This document shows, one piece after another, positions 38,667 to 49,652 of a stretch of 64,000 bases of DNA (its first letter is position 1; every line of letters starts with the position of its first letter). The notes below the pieces were generated by a model. It made no database searches. It was not told where the DNA came from and saw nothing but the letters and a program-made list of their open reading frames with translations. The position numbers and the translations under genes are program-made. Source of the DNA: Klebsiella pneumoniae (GTDB lineage Bacteria > Pseudomonadota > Gammaproteobacteria > Eutrophobiales > Eutrophobiaceae); the NCBI GenBank assembly GCA_945870865.1, contig CAMBTO010000001.1:15487-79486 (forward strand), in the 5' to 3' direction.

Positions 38667-38942
38667 ATGGAAACACTTAATAAACTGGTCATGATAATGA
38701 TGCTGGCACTGAGCCTGAACCTGGCCGCTGCCGGTCCCGTCAATATCAACTCCGCTGACAAACAGACGCTGATGCAGGTCAAGGGCATCGGTGAAAAGCG
38801 TGCTGATGCGATTGTTTTATGGCGCGAAAAGAACGGACCATTCAAGTCTGTCGACCAACTGACCGAAATAGATGGTATCGGTCCGTCACTGGTCGAAACC
38901 AACAAGGATCTACTGACTGTGGGGAACACCACAGCTCAATAG
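38667..38942 (+). CDS. comEA: ComEA-family helix-hairpin-helix DNA-binding protein
   Basis: The product has a signal peptide and the segment [46 protein letters not shown]. Confidence 0.85.
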   Translation: METLNKLVMIMMLALSLNLAAAGPVNINSADKQTLMQVKGIGEKRADAIVLWREKNGPFKSVDQLTEIDGIGPSLVETNKDLLTVGNTTAQ

Positions 38943-38990
38943 AATACAGTCTACCCCGGGAGCATCCCGGGCGGATTGTCCTCCGAAACA

Positions 38991-39025
38991 GGCCCGGATT
39001 AGCTTGTCCGGGTCCGTCTTTTTTT
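38991..39025 (+). terminator. rho-independent terminator after comEA
   Basis: GGCCCGGA-ttagcttg-TCCGGGTCC is followed by GTCTTTTTTTG. Confidence 0.6.
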
Positions 39026-39121
39026 GATCCGGTTTGGTACCTGTTTGCTTGTTCGTTGCAAGTCCACTGCTGTATCCTTGCACGCTGGAATTTACCGATA
39101 GCACAGGAACCACACGATTTA

Positions 39122-41707
39122 ATGGAAAGCCAATACAACCCGCGCCAGATCGAGACGGAAGTACAACAACTCTGGCAACAGACCAGCGCCCTGAAGGTCA
39201 CTGAAGACCCGGACAAGGAAAAGTTCTACTGCCTGTGCATGTTCCCCTACCCCAGCGGCAAGCTGCACATGGGCCATGTACGCAACTACACCATTGGTGA
39301 CGTTATCTCGCGTTATCACCGTATGCACGGCAAGAATGTGTTACAGCCGATGGGTTGGGACGCCTTTGGTCTGCCTGCGGAGAACGCGGCGATGTCGAAC
39401 AATGTCCCGCCCTCACGCTGGACGCATGACAATATCGCCTACATGAAAAAGCAGCTGCTCGCTCTCGGTTTCGCGATTGACTGGGACCGCGAGCTGGCCA
39501 CCTGCCAGCCTGATTATTACAAATGGAACCAGTGGTTATTTCTGCGCATGCTTGAAAAGGGGCTTGCCTACCAGACCACCGGCACGGTCAACTGGGACCC
39601 GGTCGATCAGACCGTACTTGCCAATGAACAGGTAATTGAGGGTCGCGGCTGGCGCACCGGTGCACTGGTCGAGAAACGCGAGATACCGATGTATTATCTG
39701 CGGATTACCGCGTTTGCCGATGACCTGCTGGAGTGTCTGGACCAGCTGCCCGGCTGGCCGGAACGGGTCAGGACGATGCAGGCGAACTGGATAGGCCGCA
39801 GCGAAGGTGTCGAGATCGGTTTCCCGGTCGCGAACAGTGACGCTATATTAAAGGTCTATACCACCCGTGCAGACACCTTGCTCGGCGCAAGCTATGTTGC
39901 GGTCGCGGCGGAACACCCGCTCGCCCGCCAGTCGGCACTAACGAGTCCGGCACTGGCCGCCTTTATAGAGGAGTGCAAACACGGTGCGGTAATGGAGGCG
40001 GACCTCGCCACCCAGGAAAAGAAGGGCGTGGATACCGGGCTGTTTGTGCTGCACCCGTTGACCGGTGACAAGCTGCCGGTGTGGGTGGCCAATTATGTAC
40101 TGATGGGTTATGGCGAAGGGGCGGTCATGGCCGTGCCTGCGCACGACCAGCGCGACTTTGAGTTTGCCGTACGCTACAAGTTACCGATTAAACAGGTGGT
40201 GGAACCGGTTGAAGGTGCATTGACACTGCCGCTGACGGACGCCTATGTCGAGCATGGCCTCACGATCAACTCGGGTGAGTATTCAGGGCTGCTGTTCCAG
40301 TCTGCGGTCGACATGATTGCAGCCACACTCGCTGACAAGGGCCTCGGCCGGAAACGTACCCAGTACCGACTGCGCGACTGGGGTATTTCGCGTCAGCGTT
40401 ACTGGGGTTGCCCGATACCGCTGATCCATTGCAACGACTGTGGTGTGGTTCCGGTACCTGACGCGCAGTTACCGGTTCGCTTACCCGAGGATCTCGTACC
40501 GGATGGCAGCGGTAATCCGCTGGCGAAGAACCCGTCGTTCCTGAACTGCACCTGCCCGCAATGCGGAAAACCGGCTCGCCGTGAGACCGACACGATGGAC
40601 ACGTTCGTCGATTCGTCCTGGTACTACCTGCGGTTCTGCTGTAATGATCAGGGCGAGATGATGGTCGATGCACGCAGCAAATACTGGATGCCGGTCGACC
40701 AGTACATCGGCGGTATCGAACATGCGATCCTGCACCTGCTGTACTCGCGTTTCTGGACCAAGGTGATGCATGAGCTCGGACTCGTTGACATCACCGAACC
40801 GTTCTCCAATCTGCTGACCCAGGGCATGGTGTTGAATGAAATTTTTTTCCGCAAAACTGACAGCGGACGTATCCAGTATTTCAATCCGAACGAGGTCGAA
40901 GTCACGCGCAATGAAAACGGTCAGCGTACCGGCGCAGTATTGAAGGCGGATGGCTCCGCGATTGAGTCCGGTGGGATCGGTACGATGTCTAAATCCAAAA
41001 ATAACGGTGTGGACCCGCAATCACTTATCGATAGCTACGGCGCTGACACGGCGCGGCTATTCATGATGTTTACCTCACCACCGGAACAGACACTGGAGTG
41101 GTCCGATTCTGGCGTCGAGGGTGCGTTCCGTTTCCTCAAAAGATTGTGGAAATTTGCCACAGACCATCTGGTCAACGAACCTGTGCCGGAACTGGACAAG
41201 ACCACGCTGACAGACGAGCAACGTGCTGCCCGTCGCAAAATCCATGAAACCGTGGCGAAGGTCGATGATGATGTCGGCCGGCGTTTTACCTTTAATACGG
41301 CGATTGCGGCGGTAATGGAGTTGATCAATACGCTGACCCGACTGGAGGGCACGACTGGCAATGACCGCGCCATCGTCGGTGAGGGGCTCCGGATGACCTT
41401 GCTGCTGTTGTCACCGATCGTCCCGCACATCACCCAGAACCTCTGGCAACTGAGCGGACACAGTGGTTTGATTATGGATGCACGCTGGCCTGAAGCGGAC
41501 CGTGAGGCGCTCCAGCGTGACGATATCGAGTTGATTGTGCAGGTAAACGGCAAGTTGCGCGCAAAGATCACTGTAGCGATCGACGCAGCTGAAGACCAGA
41601 TAAAAGCCACCGCGATGACAAATGACTATGTGGTCCGCTTCATTGATGGCAAACCGGTCAAAAAGACCATCGTCGTCCCGGGCCGGCTGATTAATATCGT
41701 CATTTAA
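39122..41707 (+). CDS. leuS: leucyl-tRNA synthetase
   Basis: The product has the HMGH motif ([15 protein letters not shown]) and KMSKS (GTMSKSKNN). The true start is [11 protein letters not shown] at 39122; the track ORF from 38819 is an upstream in-frame read-through. Confidence 0.97.
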   Translation: MESQYNPRQIETEVQQLWQQTSALKVTEDPDKEKFYCLCMFPYPSGKLHMGHVRNYTIGDVISRYHRMHGKNVLQPMGWDAFGLPAENAAMSNNVPPSRWTHDNIAYMKKQLLALGFAIDWDRELATCQPDYYKWNQWLFLRMLEKGLAYQTTGTVNWDPVDQTVLANEQVIEGRGWRTGALVEKREIPMYYLRITAFADDLLECLDQLPGWPERVRTMQANWIGRSEGVEIGFPVANSDAILKVYTTRADTLLGASYVAVAAEHPLARQSALTSPALAAFIEECKHGAVMEADLATQEKKGVDTGLFVLHPLTGDKLPVWVANYVLMGYGEGAVMAVPAHDQRDFEFAVRYKLPIKQVVEPVEGALTLPLTDAYVEHGLTINSGEYSGLLFQSAVDMIAATLADKGLGRKRTQYRLRDWGISRQRYWGCPIPLIHCNDCGVVPVPDAQLPVRLPEDLVPDGSGNPLAKNPSFLNCTCPQCGKPARRETDTMDTFVDSSWYYLRFCCNDQGEMMVDARSKYWMPVDQYIGGIEHAILHLLYSRFWTKVMHELGLVDITEPFSNLLTQGMVLNEIFFRKTDSGRIQYFNPNEVEVTRNENGQRTGAVLKADGSAIESGGIGTMSKSKNNGVDPQSLIDSYGADTARLFMMFTSPPEQTLEWSDSGVEGAFRFLKRLWKFATDHLVNEPVPELDKTTLTDEQRAARRKIHETVAKVDDDVGRRFTFNTAIAAVMELINTLTRLEGTTGNDRAIVGEGLRMTLLLLSPIVPHITQNLWQLSGHSGLIMDARWPEADREALQRDDIELIVQVNGKLRAKITVAIDAAEDQIKATAMTNDYVVRFIDGKPVKKTIVVPGRLINIVI

Positions 41708-41786
41708 TGGCGCCGATTATGTGCTTGTATGTAGGTCCACATGACTTTATCCTGCGGGACTACACTGATTTACATGAACTGCTGAC

Positions 41787-42284
41787 ATGAAACTGTACTA
41801 TTCACTGCTGCTCACGCTGCTACTGCTGACGACCTCCTGTGGTTTTCATCTGCGTGGTTCACAGGACTCTGGTATGTCCGCTATTTCTGCCATAAAGCTC
41901 AACGACAGCAGCGCACCCGGTATCGGCACAGAGGTTCGTTCTCTGCTGGAGTCATCAGGCACCCGCATTTCAGCAGCCGATGCTACTGCGGAATACAGTC
42001 TGGTGCTGGCTGAACAGTATCTGAACAAGGCGATCCTCAGCGTATCGGCCATTACCGGCAAGATTGAGGAATACCAGCTGACGCTGACGGTAAAAATGAC
42101 AGTGGCGGACAAGGATCAGAATGAACTGTTGTCGGGACAACTGATCCGCATCACCCGGGATTATGCGTTTGATGAGGAGGCGGTGCTTGGATCAGTGACG
42201 GAACAACGTGTACTCGAACAGGAGATGTCGCGTCAGGCCGCCTCACAGATTGTCCGGCGCCTGGCCGCACTGACACGTAACTGA
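41787..42284 (+). CDS. lptE: LPS assembly lipoprotein LptE
   Basis: The product has the lipobox LLTTSCGFHLRG. The gene lies downstream of leuS, which is conserved synteny. Confidence 0.85.
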   Translation: MKLYYSLLLTLLLLTTSCGFHLRGSQDSGMSAISAIKLNDSSAPGIGTEVRSLLESSGTRISAADATAEYSLVLAEQYLNKAILSVSAITGKIEEYQLTLTVKMTVADKDQNELLSGQLIRITRDYAFDEEAVLGSVTEQRVLEQEMSRQAASQIVRRLAALTRN

Positions 42285-43312
42285 TGCGCCTGAATCTGGA
42301 TCAACTCCAGTCGCATCTGCAACGCTCCGGACTCGTGCCTATCTATGTGCTCAGCGGTGATGAGCCACTACAGATGCAGGAAGCAAGTGACCTGATCCGC
42401 GCCGCCGCCAAACGCACCGGTGCCGAACGCACCGTCCTGTCAGTCGACAAGGGATTTGAATGGAACCAGCTGTTTGAAGAAAGCGCCTCCATGTCGCTGT
42501 TTGCCACCAACCGGCTGCTCGAATTGCGCATGAATGATCAATCACCGGGCAAAGACGGTAGCGAGGCACTGGCCCGCTGGGCGGAACGTCCGACGCCGGA
42601 CACCACATTGTTGATTACGATGGAAAAGATAGACAAACGTAGCCAGCAGAGCCGCTGGTACAAGGCAATCGATCAGATCGGGGCGATCATGCAGATCTGG
42701 CCGGTAGAGCCATCAAAGTTGCCGGACTGGATCATCTCGCGCCTGAAGCTGCAGGGTAAACGCATCGACCGGACCGCCGCCTCACTGATTGCACAGCGCA
42801 CCGAGGGCAACCTGCTTGCTGCCCGACAGGAAATTGACAAACTGTGTCTGCTGGCCGATAGCGATGAAATCTCGCTGCAACAAGTTCAGGATAGCGTGAG
42901 CGATAGCACCCGTTTTGGCGTATTTATGCTGCTGGAGTACGCGCTGATGGGTGACGGATCGCGTATCGCAGGCATGTTACGCGGCCTGCGTCAGGAAGGT
43001 ATCGAGCCTATCGGCCTGTTTGGGGCTATAATGTGGGAATTGCGCCGGCTGTGTGCGATCGCTGCCCAGATTGCAAACGGGGCCAGAAAAGACAAGGTGT
43101 TCGAGGAATACCGGATCTGGAACCAGCGGCAGACCGCCATTAACAAGGTACTCGGCCGACTGGATACACGCCAGCTGGATACACTGCTCGCCGAGGCGGT
43201 ATTGATAGACAAGTCACTAAAGGGTGCGGTAAAACGCAATCCCTGGGAACTGATGGAAACCCTGCTGTTCCGGTTTGCGGGCATCAAGCTGCATCCCGGC
43301 ACAAACAACTGA
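42284..43312 (+). CDS. holA: DNA polymerase III subunit delta
   Basis: The product is 342 aa. The leuS-lptE-holA order is conserved. Confidence 0.85.
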   Translation: MRLNLDQLQSHLQRSGLVPIYVLSGDEPLQMQEASDLIRAAAKRTGAERTVLSVDKGFEWNQLFEESASMSLFATNRLLELRMNDQSPGKDGSEALARWAERPTPDTTLLITMEKIDKRSQQSRWYKAIDQIGAIMQIWPVEPSKLPDWIISRLKLQGKRIDRTAASLIAQRTEGNLLAARQEIDKLCLLADSDEISLQQVQDSVSDSTRFGVFMLLEYALMGDGSRIAGMLRGLRQEGIEPIGLFGAIMWELRRLCAIAAQIANGARKDKVFEEYRIWNQRQTAINKVLGRLDTRQLDTLLAEAVLIDKSLKGAVKRNPWELMETLLFRFAGIKLHPGTNN

Positions 43313-43353
43313 TCCGCCCTGCTCTCTGCCGCAGGTCCGGTGGAGACTGAACT

Positions 43354-44610
43354 ATGAACGTAAAACAATACATTACCCAAACCGGACAACGCGCCCGTAG
43401 TGCCGCACGGCTGATGGCACAGGCTCCTACGGCCGCAAAAAATGCCGCGCTGACCCATATCGCCGCGATCCTGCGTGCCGAAGTGGCAGCATTGATGCAG
43501 GCGAATGCACTCGACCTGACTGCGGCCAGAAATAACCATATCGAACCGGCCATGCTGGACCGTCTGGAGCTGAACCCTGCGCGCATCAATTCGATGGCAG
43601 AAGGTCTGGAACAGATCGCAGCACTGGCCGACCCGATAGGCGAGATCAGCGACATGAAATTCCGGCCCACCGGTATCCAGGTCGGCCGCATGCGTGTACC
43701 ACTCGGTGTGATTGGTATCATCTATGAGTCCAGACCGAATGTAACGGCTGATGCGGCCGGCCTGTGCCTGAAGTCGGGCAATGCAACTATCCTGCGTGGC
43801 GGGTCGGAGGCCATCCATTCTAATCAGGCGATTGCCGGTTTTATACGTCAGGGGCTGAAACAGGCCGGACTGCCCGAGGACGCGGTACAGGTGATCGAGA
43901 TGACCGATCGCGCCGCTGTCAGTTTGCTGTTACAGATGCCCGAATATGTGGATGTAATCATTCCCCGTGGAGGCAAGGGCCTCATCCAGCTCGTCAGTGA
44001 ACAGGCGCGGATGCCGGTCATCAAACATCTGGATGGTATCTGTCATGTGTATATAGATGACAGCGCGGACCTGGACAAGGCCGTTGCTATCGCCATCAAC
44101 TCGAAGACACATCGGTACGGTGTCTGCAACGCGATGGAATGTCTGCTCATTGCAGAAGCGATTGCGCCTGTCGTGCTGACCAGTCTGGCGCCACTGTATG
44201 CCAGCGCCGGAGTGGAGATCCGTGGCTGTGAAAAATCCGCCATGATCCTGCCCGGCATCAAACTGGCCACCGAAGAAGATTACGCGACCGAATATCTGGC
44301 ACCGATCATGTCACTGCGTATCGTCAGTGGTCTTGACCAGGCGCTGGAGCATATAGACCGTTTTGGCTCAAAACACACTGATGCGATAGTGACGGAAAAC
44401 CTGGTCAACGCCAGACGTTTTCTCTCCGAGATCGATTCCAGTTCGGTCATGGTCAACGCCTCAACCCGTTTTGCCGATGGCTTTGAATACGGACTCGGTG
44501 CTGAAATTGGTATCAGCACGGACAAGTTCCATGCACGTGGACCGGTCGGCCTCGAAGGTCTGACCTCTCAAAAATACATTGTGATCGGTAATGGCCACAT
44601 CCGGAATTAG
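43354..44610 (+). CDS. proA: gamma-glutamyl phosphate reductase
   Basis: The product has an aldehyde dehydrogenase fold with the catalytic Cys in NAMECLLI. Confidence 0.95.
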   Translation: MNVKQYITQTGQRARSAARLMAQAPTAAKNAALTHIAAILRAEVAALMQANALDLTAARNNHIEPAMLDRLELNPARINSMAEGLEQIAALADPIGEISDMKFRPTGIQVGRMRVPLGVIGIIYESRPNVTADAAGLCLKSGNATILRGGSEAIHSNQAIAGFIRQGLKQAGLPEDAVQVIEMTDRAAVSLLLQMPEYVDVIIPRGGKGLIQLVSEQARMPVIKHLDGICHVYIDDSADLDKAVAIAINSKTHRYGVCNAMECLLIAEAIAPVVLTSLAPLYASAGVEIRGCEKSAMILPGIKLATEEDYATEYLAPIMSLRIVSGLDQALEHIDRFGSKHTDAIVTENLVNARRFLSEIDSSSVMVNASTRFADGFEYGLGAEIGISTDKFHARGPVGLEGLTSQKYIVIGNGHIRN

Positions 44611-44649
44611 ACTGATAACAGCACCAGCCGACCCGGCTGGCGTCAAAGC

Positions 44650-45300
44650 TTGATGAACGGTCCGCTAGGGATCCTGGGTGGCACGTTTGACCCGGTGCAT
44701 TTTGGTCATCTTCGCCTCGCGCTGGAGTCTCTGCAGGCGGTGGGAATGGACCAGGTCAACCTGGTGCCCTTGCACAAACCCGCACACCGGGGAGGCATCC
44801 ATGCCAGCGCCGAACAACGCTTGCAGATGTTACGACTGGCCACCGCCAGTGTTTCGCAATTACATGTCGATGATATGGAAATACGGCGTGAGACAACCTC
44901 GTGGACAATCGATACCGTCAGAGAATATCGTCGCCAGCATCCGGCAAGGCCTGTCTGTCTGATCATGGGCATCGATGCATTCCGCAATTTTCATCAATGG
45001 AAGCAATGGGAATTGATTCCGGAGCTGGTTCATATTATCGTGGCGACCAGACCGGATACGGACGACGGTACAGAAGCCGGGCCAGTGGCAGATTTATATG
45101 CCACAAGACATACCGATAATGTGGCGGACATCCATAATGCACCGGCAGGCAGGATATTGAAGGTACAGATCCCGCTGCTGGCAATCTCATCAACCCGGAT
45201 ACGTAGCCTGCTGCTGGCAGGACAGGACGCCGCCTTCCTGTTGCCGAACCAGGTACTGACCTACATACACAACAATAAAATTTATTCCGAGAAATCATGA
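44650..45300 (+). CDS. nadD: nicotinate-nucleotide adenylyltransferase
   Basis: GILGGTFDPVHFGHL is the HxGH nucleotidyltransferase motif. Confidence 0.9.
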   Translation: MMNGPLGILGGTFDPVHFGHLRLALESLQAVGMDQVNLVPLHKPAHRGGIHASAEQRLQMLRLATASVSQLHVDDMEIRRETTSWTIDTVREYRRQHPARPVCLIMGIDAFRNFHQWKQWELIPELVHIIVATRPDTDDGTEAGPVADLYATRHTDNVADIHNAPAGRILKVQIPLLAISSTRIRSLLLAGQDAAFLLPNQVLTYIHNNKIYSEKS

Positions 45301-45665
45301 CCCCTAAGAAAACTGCTGAAAAACTGATAAACGCGCTCGAAGACATGAAGGCGCTCGACATCAAGACTATCGATGTGCGCAAGCAGACATCGATAACCGA
45401 CATGATGATGATCGCGACCGGCCGCTCGAACCGGCAGGTACGTGCCATTGCTGACAAGTTACAGGAAACCGCCAAAAAGATCGGTCTGCCAGTCATAGGC
45501 GTTGAAGGCCAGCAAGACGGTGAATGGGTTCTGGTCGACCTGGGCGATTATGTTATCCATATCATGCAGGCGGAAATACGTGAGTATTACCAGCTGGAAA
45601 AACTCTGGATACCGGAACCGAAAAAGCCACGTGCCCCGAGGAAGAAGAAAGCGGACGCTGAATAA
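45297..45665 (+). CDS. rsfS: ribosome silencing factor RsfS (Iojap)
   Basis: The product is about 120 aa. The gene lies downstream of nadD. The product has a C-terminal Lys/Arg-rich tail. Confidence 0.85.
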   Translation: MTPKKTAEKLINALEDMKALDIKTIDVRKQTSITDMMMIATGRSNRQVRAIADKLQETAKKIGLPVIGVEGQQDGEWVLVDLGDYVIHIMQAEIREYYQLEKLWIPEPKKPRAPRKKKADAE

Positions 45666-46139
45666 TTGACCCGGATCAGCATCGTTGCCGTCGGCAAACG
45701 TATGCCGGACTGGATCCAGACCGGGTTTGCCGAATATAAAAAACGACTGTCGCAGGATGTTACGCTCGAACTGATTGAGGTTGCACCTGCCCATCGCTCT
45801 AGAAGCACAATTATCCAACGCCTCCGCCAGCAAGAGGCGCAATCGATACTCGACGCGCTGCCTGCACATACCCATGTGATTGCGCTTGATGAAACCGGCA
45901 AGCGCCAGAAGACGATGCAGTTGGCGGCACGCATGCAGGACTGGATCGATCAGGGCATCAATACCAGCCTGATTATCGGTGGCGCAGACGGGCTGGACGA
46001 ATCAGTGCTTGCCGCCGCGCATGAGCGCTGGTCATTGTCTGATTACACGCTGCCGCATGCGCTGGTTCGTGTCGTGCTGGCCGAACAGATATACCGCGCC
46101 TGGACCATTCTGAAGAACCACCCGTATCACCGCGAGTGA
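45666..46139 (+). CDS. rlmH: 23S rRNA (pseudouridine1915-N3)-methyltransferase
   Basis: IVAVGKRMPDWIQTGF is the SPOUT N-terminus. The gene starts with TTG. Confidence 0.9.
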   Translation: MTRISIVAVGKRMPDWIQTGFAEYKKRLSQDVTLELIEVAPAHRSRSTIIQRLRQQEAQSILDALPAHTHVIALDETGKRQKTMQLAARMQDWIDQGINTSLIIGGADGLDESVLAAAHERWSLSDYTLPHALVRVVLAEQIYRAWTILKNHPYHRE

Positions 46140-46708
46140 GCACAATGATGGACACCTTATATCTGGCCTCTCGTTCACCCCGCCGTTACGAATTACTCTC
46201 ACGCCTGGGGCAATCCTTTGTACAAATCGAGGCGGACATTCCGGAGGTCCCGGCCACCGATGAACCCGCACTCGACTATGTCAAGCGGGTTGCACTGGAC
46301 AAGGCCTGGGCAGTCCGCAAACGTACTGGCGATACTGTCCCAATACTATCAGCAGACACCGAGGTGGTACTGGACAATCGCATACTTGGTAAACCGACTT
46401 CGATGGACGAGGCCATCCGCATGTTGCAATCACTGGCAGGACGCGAGCATCAGGTGTTTACCGCCGTGGTGCTGTTGACTGACAAACCTGTGACCGTCGT
46501 CAGCAGCAGTCAGGTCTGGTTCAGACCGCTCAACGAGCAACAGTGCCGACAATACTGCTTAGCCTTCAAACCTCTCGACAAGGCCGGTGCCTATGGCATA
46601 CAAGATCAGGCCGCCGGCTTTATTACCCGCTTTGAAGGCAGTTATTCCGGGGTCATGGGTCTACCACTCGCAGAAACACGCGAATTGCTGAAAGAATTGC
46701 CGGGATAG
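46136..46708 (+). CDS. maf: Maf-like nucleoside triphosphate pyrophosphatase
   Basis: The product has LYLASRSPRRYELL and SADTEVVLDNRILGKP motifs. Confidence 0.85.
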   Translation: MSTMMDTLYLASRSPRRYELLSRLGQSFVQIEADIPEVPATDEPALDYVKRVALDKAWAVRKRTGDTVPILSADTEVVLDNRILGKPTSMDEAIRMLQSLAGREHQVFTAVVLLTDKPVTVVSSSQVWFRPLNEQQCRQYCLAFKPLDKAGAYGIQDQAAGFITRFEGSYSGVMGLPLAETRELLKELPG

Positions 46709-46729
46709 TCTCCCTGAGTGCCCCCACTT

Positions 46730-48256
46730 TCAGGGCCGGGGCTCCAACTCTACCTCAAAAACGGATTCATCCACACCATTAATTACCCGTGTGCGCAACT
46801 TACCTTCCTCGTCGATACTGATTTCACCATAGTTAAACCAGCGCACTGCATCGTCAAATGTTTTTATCGCACTTGACCCATAGAGATATAATCGTTCCGG
46901 ATTGAAACTGGCATCGAACTCTTCGCGCAAATAAGCCCCTGCATTTAAAGGACCGGTTACAAACTCATAAAACCCGAATTCTGGATGGTCGGTAAACGGG
47001 CGGTAATGAAAGCCGGTCGCAAAATGTATATCTGTTGTTATAAAAATGACATTGCTCACACCTGACAGGCGCATATGATCCAGTAATTTCCACAACTCGG
47101 ATTCAAAACCACTATCCTGATCAAAGTTCGCCCAGCCGTCGCGACCCTTGGCACCGGTTGGGACAGATACAGGCACACTGGAGACGATAATTTTCCAGGT
47201 TGCCGTGGATTCTGCCAGTGTCTGCTGTAACCATCCCGACTGTTCTGCGCCGAGCATGGTCTTGTCATCCTGCGGGTGGTCAGGCGCCACGTTGGTATCG
47301 CGATATTGACGATTATCGAGAAATACCAGTTCGAGATGTTTGCCCATGCGTACGGAGTAATACAATCTGCTGGAATCCAACGAAGATTTCGGCACGGGGT
47401 TATAATCCTGATAAGCCTTCATGCCCAGTGGCATAAGCCTCTGTCCAGCATTGTAGGGATGTGTATCACCCACGTCCGTCTGTGGGCCAAAATCGTTAAC
47501 CACCTCATGGTCATCCCAGATACTGTAATAAGGCACATCTGCCAGCAGTTCGAGCAGACCCTTGTCTTCACGATTATATTTCCAGTGTGCCCAGTAATTC
47601 TCCATATCCGCTGACTGGGTAAAGCCACCCTCAATTTGGGTATTCCCGTACAAACCGGTTTTCTCGCACAATGCATCTGCATAGATCATGTCACCGAGTC
47701 CGATAAAAAAGTCATAATCGTGGCGATTGATCACATTGAATATCGGGAATCCACGGTTCGGGTCACGACACACATTCTGGCCTGCCAGATCTCCTCCCCA
47801 CGCAAAACGGATAGCCTGCGTGGTATCTGGTGTAGGCAATGTAGTAAAACTTCCGCTGACTGGTGGAGTTTGTTCTGCAGCCGCTGCCGGATCCGCATCG
47901 TCACTGAACCACAGTGTATAGTCATAGTGTGTGGCCGGACCCAACCCGGACAGGGTGAGTTTTCCGGTAAAATCGTCTTCTGCGATGACCATTCTTGCTG
48001 CGCGATGTGGTTGTTTATCTGCATTCGTATCCGATGATGACAGACTGACATGCATCCAGGACTGACGGTTGGCCCTGCTCCATAATACCACTGCATCCTG
48101 GGATAACGATCCGATGACCGTCCCGTGTGTCATCACAAGATCCGGTACCACCTGAGCAGTTTCAGCAGCAAGATTTCTACCAAGGCTCGAAATCAGAATC
48201 AGGCTGAGACAGGCGAGCGCCAACAATGTAAGCCTGAACTCATACTCTTTATTCAT
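46730..48256 (-). CDS. phoD: PhoD-family alkaline phosphatase / phosphodiesterase, secreted
   Basis: The product has a signal peptide, a metallophosphatase core with GLGDMIYADA and WDDHEVVNDFG motifs, and is 508 aa. Confidence 0.75.
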   Translation of the reverse strand: MNKEYEFRLTLLALACLSLILISSLGRNLAAETAQVVPDLVMTHGTVIGSLSQDAVVLWSRANRQSWMHVSLSSSDTNADKQPHRAARMVIAEDDFTGKLTLSGLGPATHYDYTLWFSDDADPAAAAEQTPPVSGSFTTLPTPDTTQAIRFAWGGDLAGQNVCRDPNRGFPIFNVINRHDYDFFIGLGDMIYADALCEKTGLYGNTQIEGGFTQSADMENYWAHWKYNREDKGLLELLADVPYYSIWDDHEVVNDFGPQTDVGDTHPYNAGQRLMPLGMKAYQDYNPVPKSSLDSSRLYYSVRMGKHLELVFLDNRQYRDTNVAPDHPQDDKTMLGAEQSGWLQQTLAESTATWKIIVSSVPVSVPTGAKGRDGWANFDQDSGFESELWKLLDHMRLSGVSNVIFITTDIHFATGFHYRPFTDHPEFGFYEFVTGPLNAGAYLREEFDASFNPERLYLYGSSAIKTFDDAVRWFNYGEISIDEEGKLRTRVINGVDESVFEVELEPRP

Positions 48257-49565
48257 AGGTCGACTCCTGCGGTTCAGTCAACATGACATCCAGCCACACC
48301 AGATGATGATCTGAAGACACCACAGGAAAACCGGGTCCCACCAGATAATAGCTGTCATCCCCGGGAGCTGGCCAGAAAACACCGCCACATCGAACGTGGA
48401 TATTTGTTGATGGCAAGACATAATCAACCCGCAGGTTTCCAGGTCCTTCCGGGTTGAAATCTGCCGTATCGAGCGCGGGATTGCCTTTTTGCAGTGCATT
48501 CACCTTTTCTGCATGCAGAGAGTCTGCGATTGCCCCGTTACTGGACGGTGAATAGGCGGTATTGATACGGGGGTGATTCAACAATTGTGCTATGGCATGA
48601 TCATGACTGTCTCCATCATACATATCTGAATTGTAGTCTCCCAGAATTACAAACCGATCTGAATCTGCCAGACCACCTCGTCTTCCACTGTCATCATATA
48701 TATATCCGGCACCAGTATCGCCACGTACGTAATCCGCCCAGAACCGAATCTCGTCATGATTGCGACGGCCATTACGATCCTCCGGGCCGTCAAATCCGGG
48801 AGGGGTGGGATGCGCCACCAGGACATGAATCACTTCTCCACCTGCCCTGATTGGCACATCCCAATGACTTTTTGATGAAAGCCTCAGTAGCTCAAGCTCT
48901 CTGTTGCTGTACCAGTCGGCCGCCGCCACGGTAGCAGGGTCATCCGGTAACAATGCACCCGGCATGTCTTTCCACAAGAAGGATCTGAATGTCCGGACGT
49001 CTTGCATGATGATGGGAAAGCGGGACAACACAACCATCCCATACTGTCCAGGAAACTCCCCATATCCATAGCTGTCCTCGGGGCCACCGATCCTGCCGTC
49101 ATTATTCAGATCAACTCCTGCTCCAACTCCGGTATTTACCTCGGCCAGAAAATGGTAGTCGTAGTCTATGGGTAACTGCCCGTTCTGACCGGTGCCAAGG
49201 TAATTTTCCAGGAACAACCGGAGTGCCTCGCCGTTAATGTCATAATCAAATTCATTTAATAACACGATGTCCGGACGAATCCGCTGGAGTATCTCGGCCA
49301 CAGCCTTAATCTGTTTGTCTGAACTGTCACTCCCGGACAATTGATCCCGAACATCCTGCATGTCGGCAAGCAACTTCCCCGGGACGTGCCGGTTTAGTGA
49401 GACATTGAACGTCGCCAGACGGACTGAATCTTGCAGTGATTTTTCATGTTGGCCATCTGCATCGACCGGCATACACAACGGTGTCTCCGCGCCCCGAGTG
49501 ATAACCGGTGCAGCCATCAACACAACCAGAATGATCGACAGTTTAGCTGTTTGCATTTGCATCAC
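48249..49565 (-). CDS. endonuclease/exonuclease/phosphatase (EEP) family secreted protein
   Basis: The product has a signal peptide, LATFNVSLN, and DIVLLNEFD...GDYNSD...SDHHLV motifs typical of the EEP family. Confidence 0.7.
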   Translation of the reverse strand: MMQMQTAKLSIILVVLMAAPVITRGAETPLCMPVDADGQHEKSLQDSVRLATFNVSLNRHVPGKLLADMQDVRDQLSGSDSSDKQIKAVAEILQRIRPDIVLLNEFDYDINGEALRLFLENYLGTGQNGQLPIDYDYHFLAEVNTGVGAGVDLNNDGRIGGPEDSYGYGEFPGQYGMVVLSRFPIIMQDVRTFRSFLWKDMPGALLPDDPATVAAADWYSNRELELLRLSSKSHWDVPIRAGGEVIHVLVAHPTPPGFDGPEDRNGRRNHDEIRFWADYVRGDTGAGYIYDDSGRRGGLADSDRFVILGDYNSDMYDGDSHDHAIAQLLNHPRINTAYSPSSNGAIADSLHAEKVNALQKGNPALDTADFNPEGPGNLRVDYVLPSTNIHVRCGGVFWPAPGDDSYYLVGPGFPVVSSDHHLVWLDVMLTEPQESTYE

Positions 49566-49652
49566 GACCTTCCCGGCAATTTAGTACACTGGTAAATAAA
49601 ACAGACAACCCGCCGTTTGCTTCGGGGAAATCTGGATTATTACAACGCAATC

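Noticed and set aside
38819-39121. An upstream extension of the leuS ORF (962 aa in the track)
   Set aside because: This is an in-frame read-through of the comEA 3' end and the terminator region. The canonical LeuS N-terminus [11 protein letters not shown] starts at 39122, after the comEA terminator.
40481-41020. A minus-strand 179-aa ORF, and several others, embedded in leuS, the gsp genes, pstC and the TonB-dependent receptor genes
   Set aside because: These are antisense or shifted-frame ORFs inside strongly supported genes. They have no RBS and no recognisable domains.
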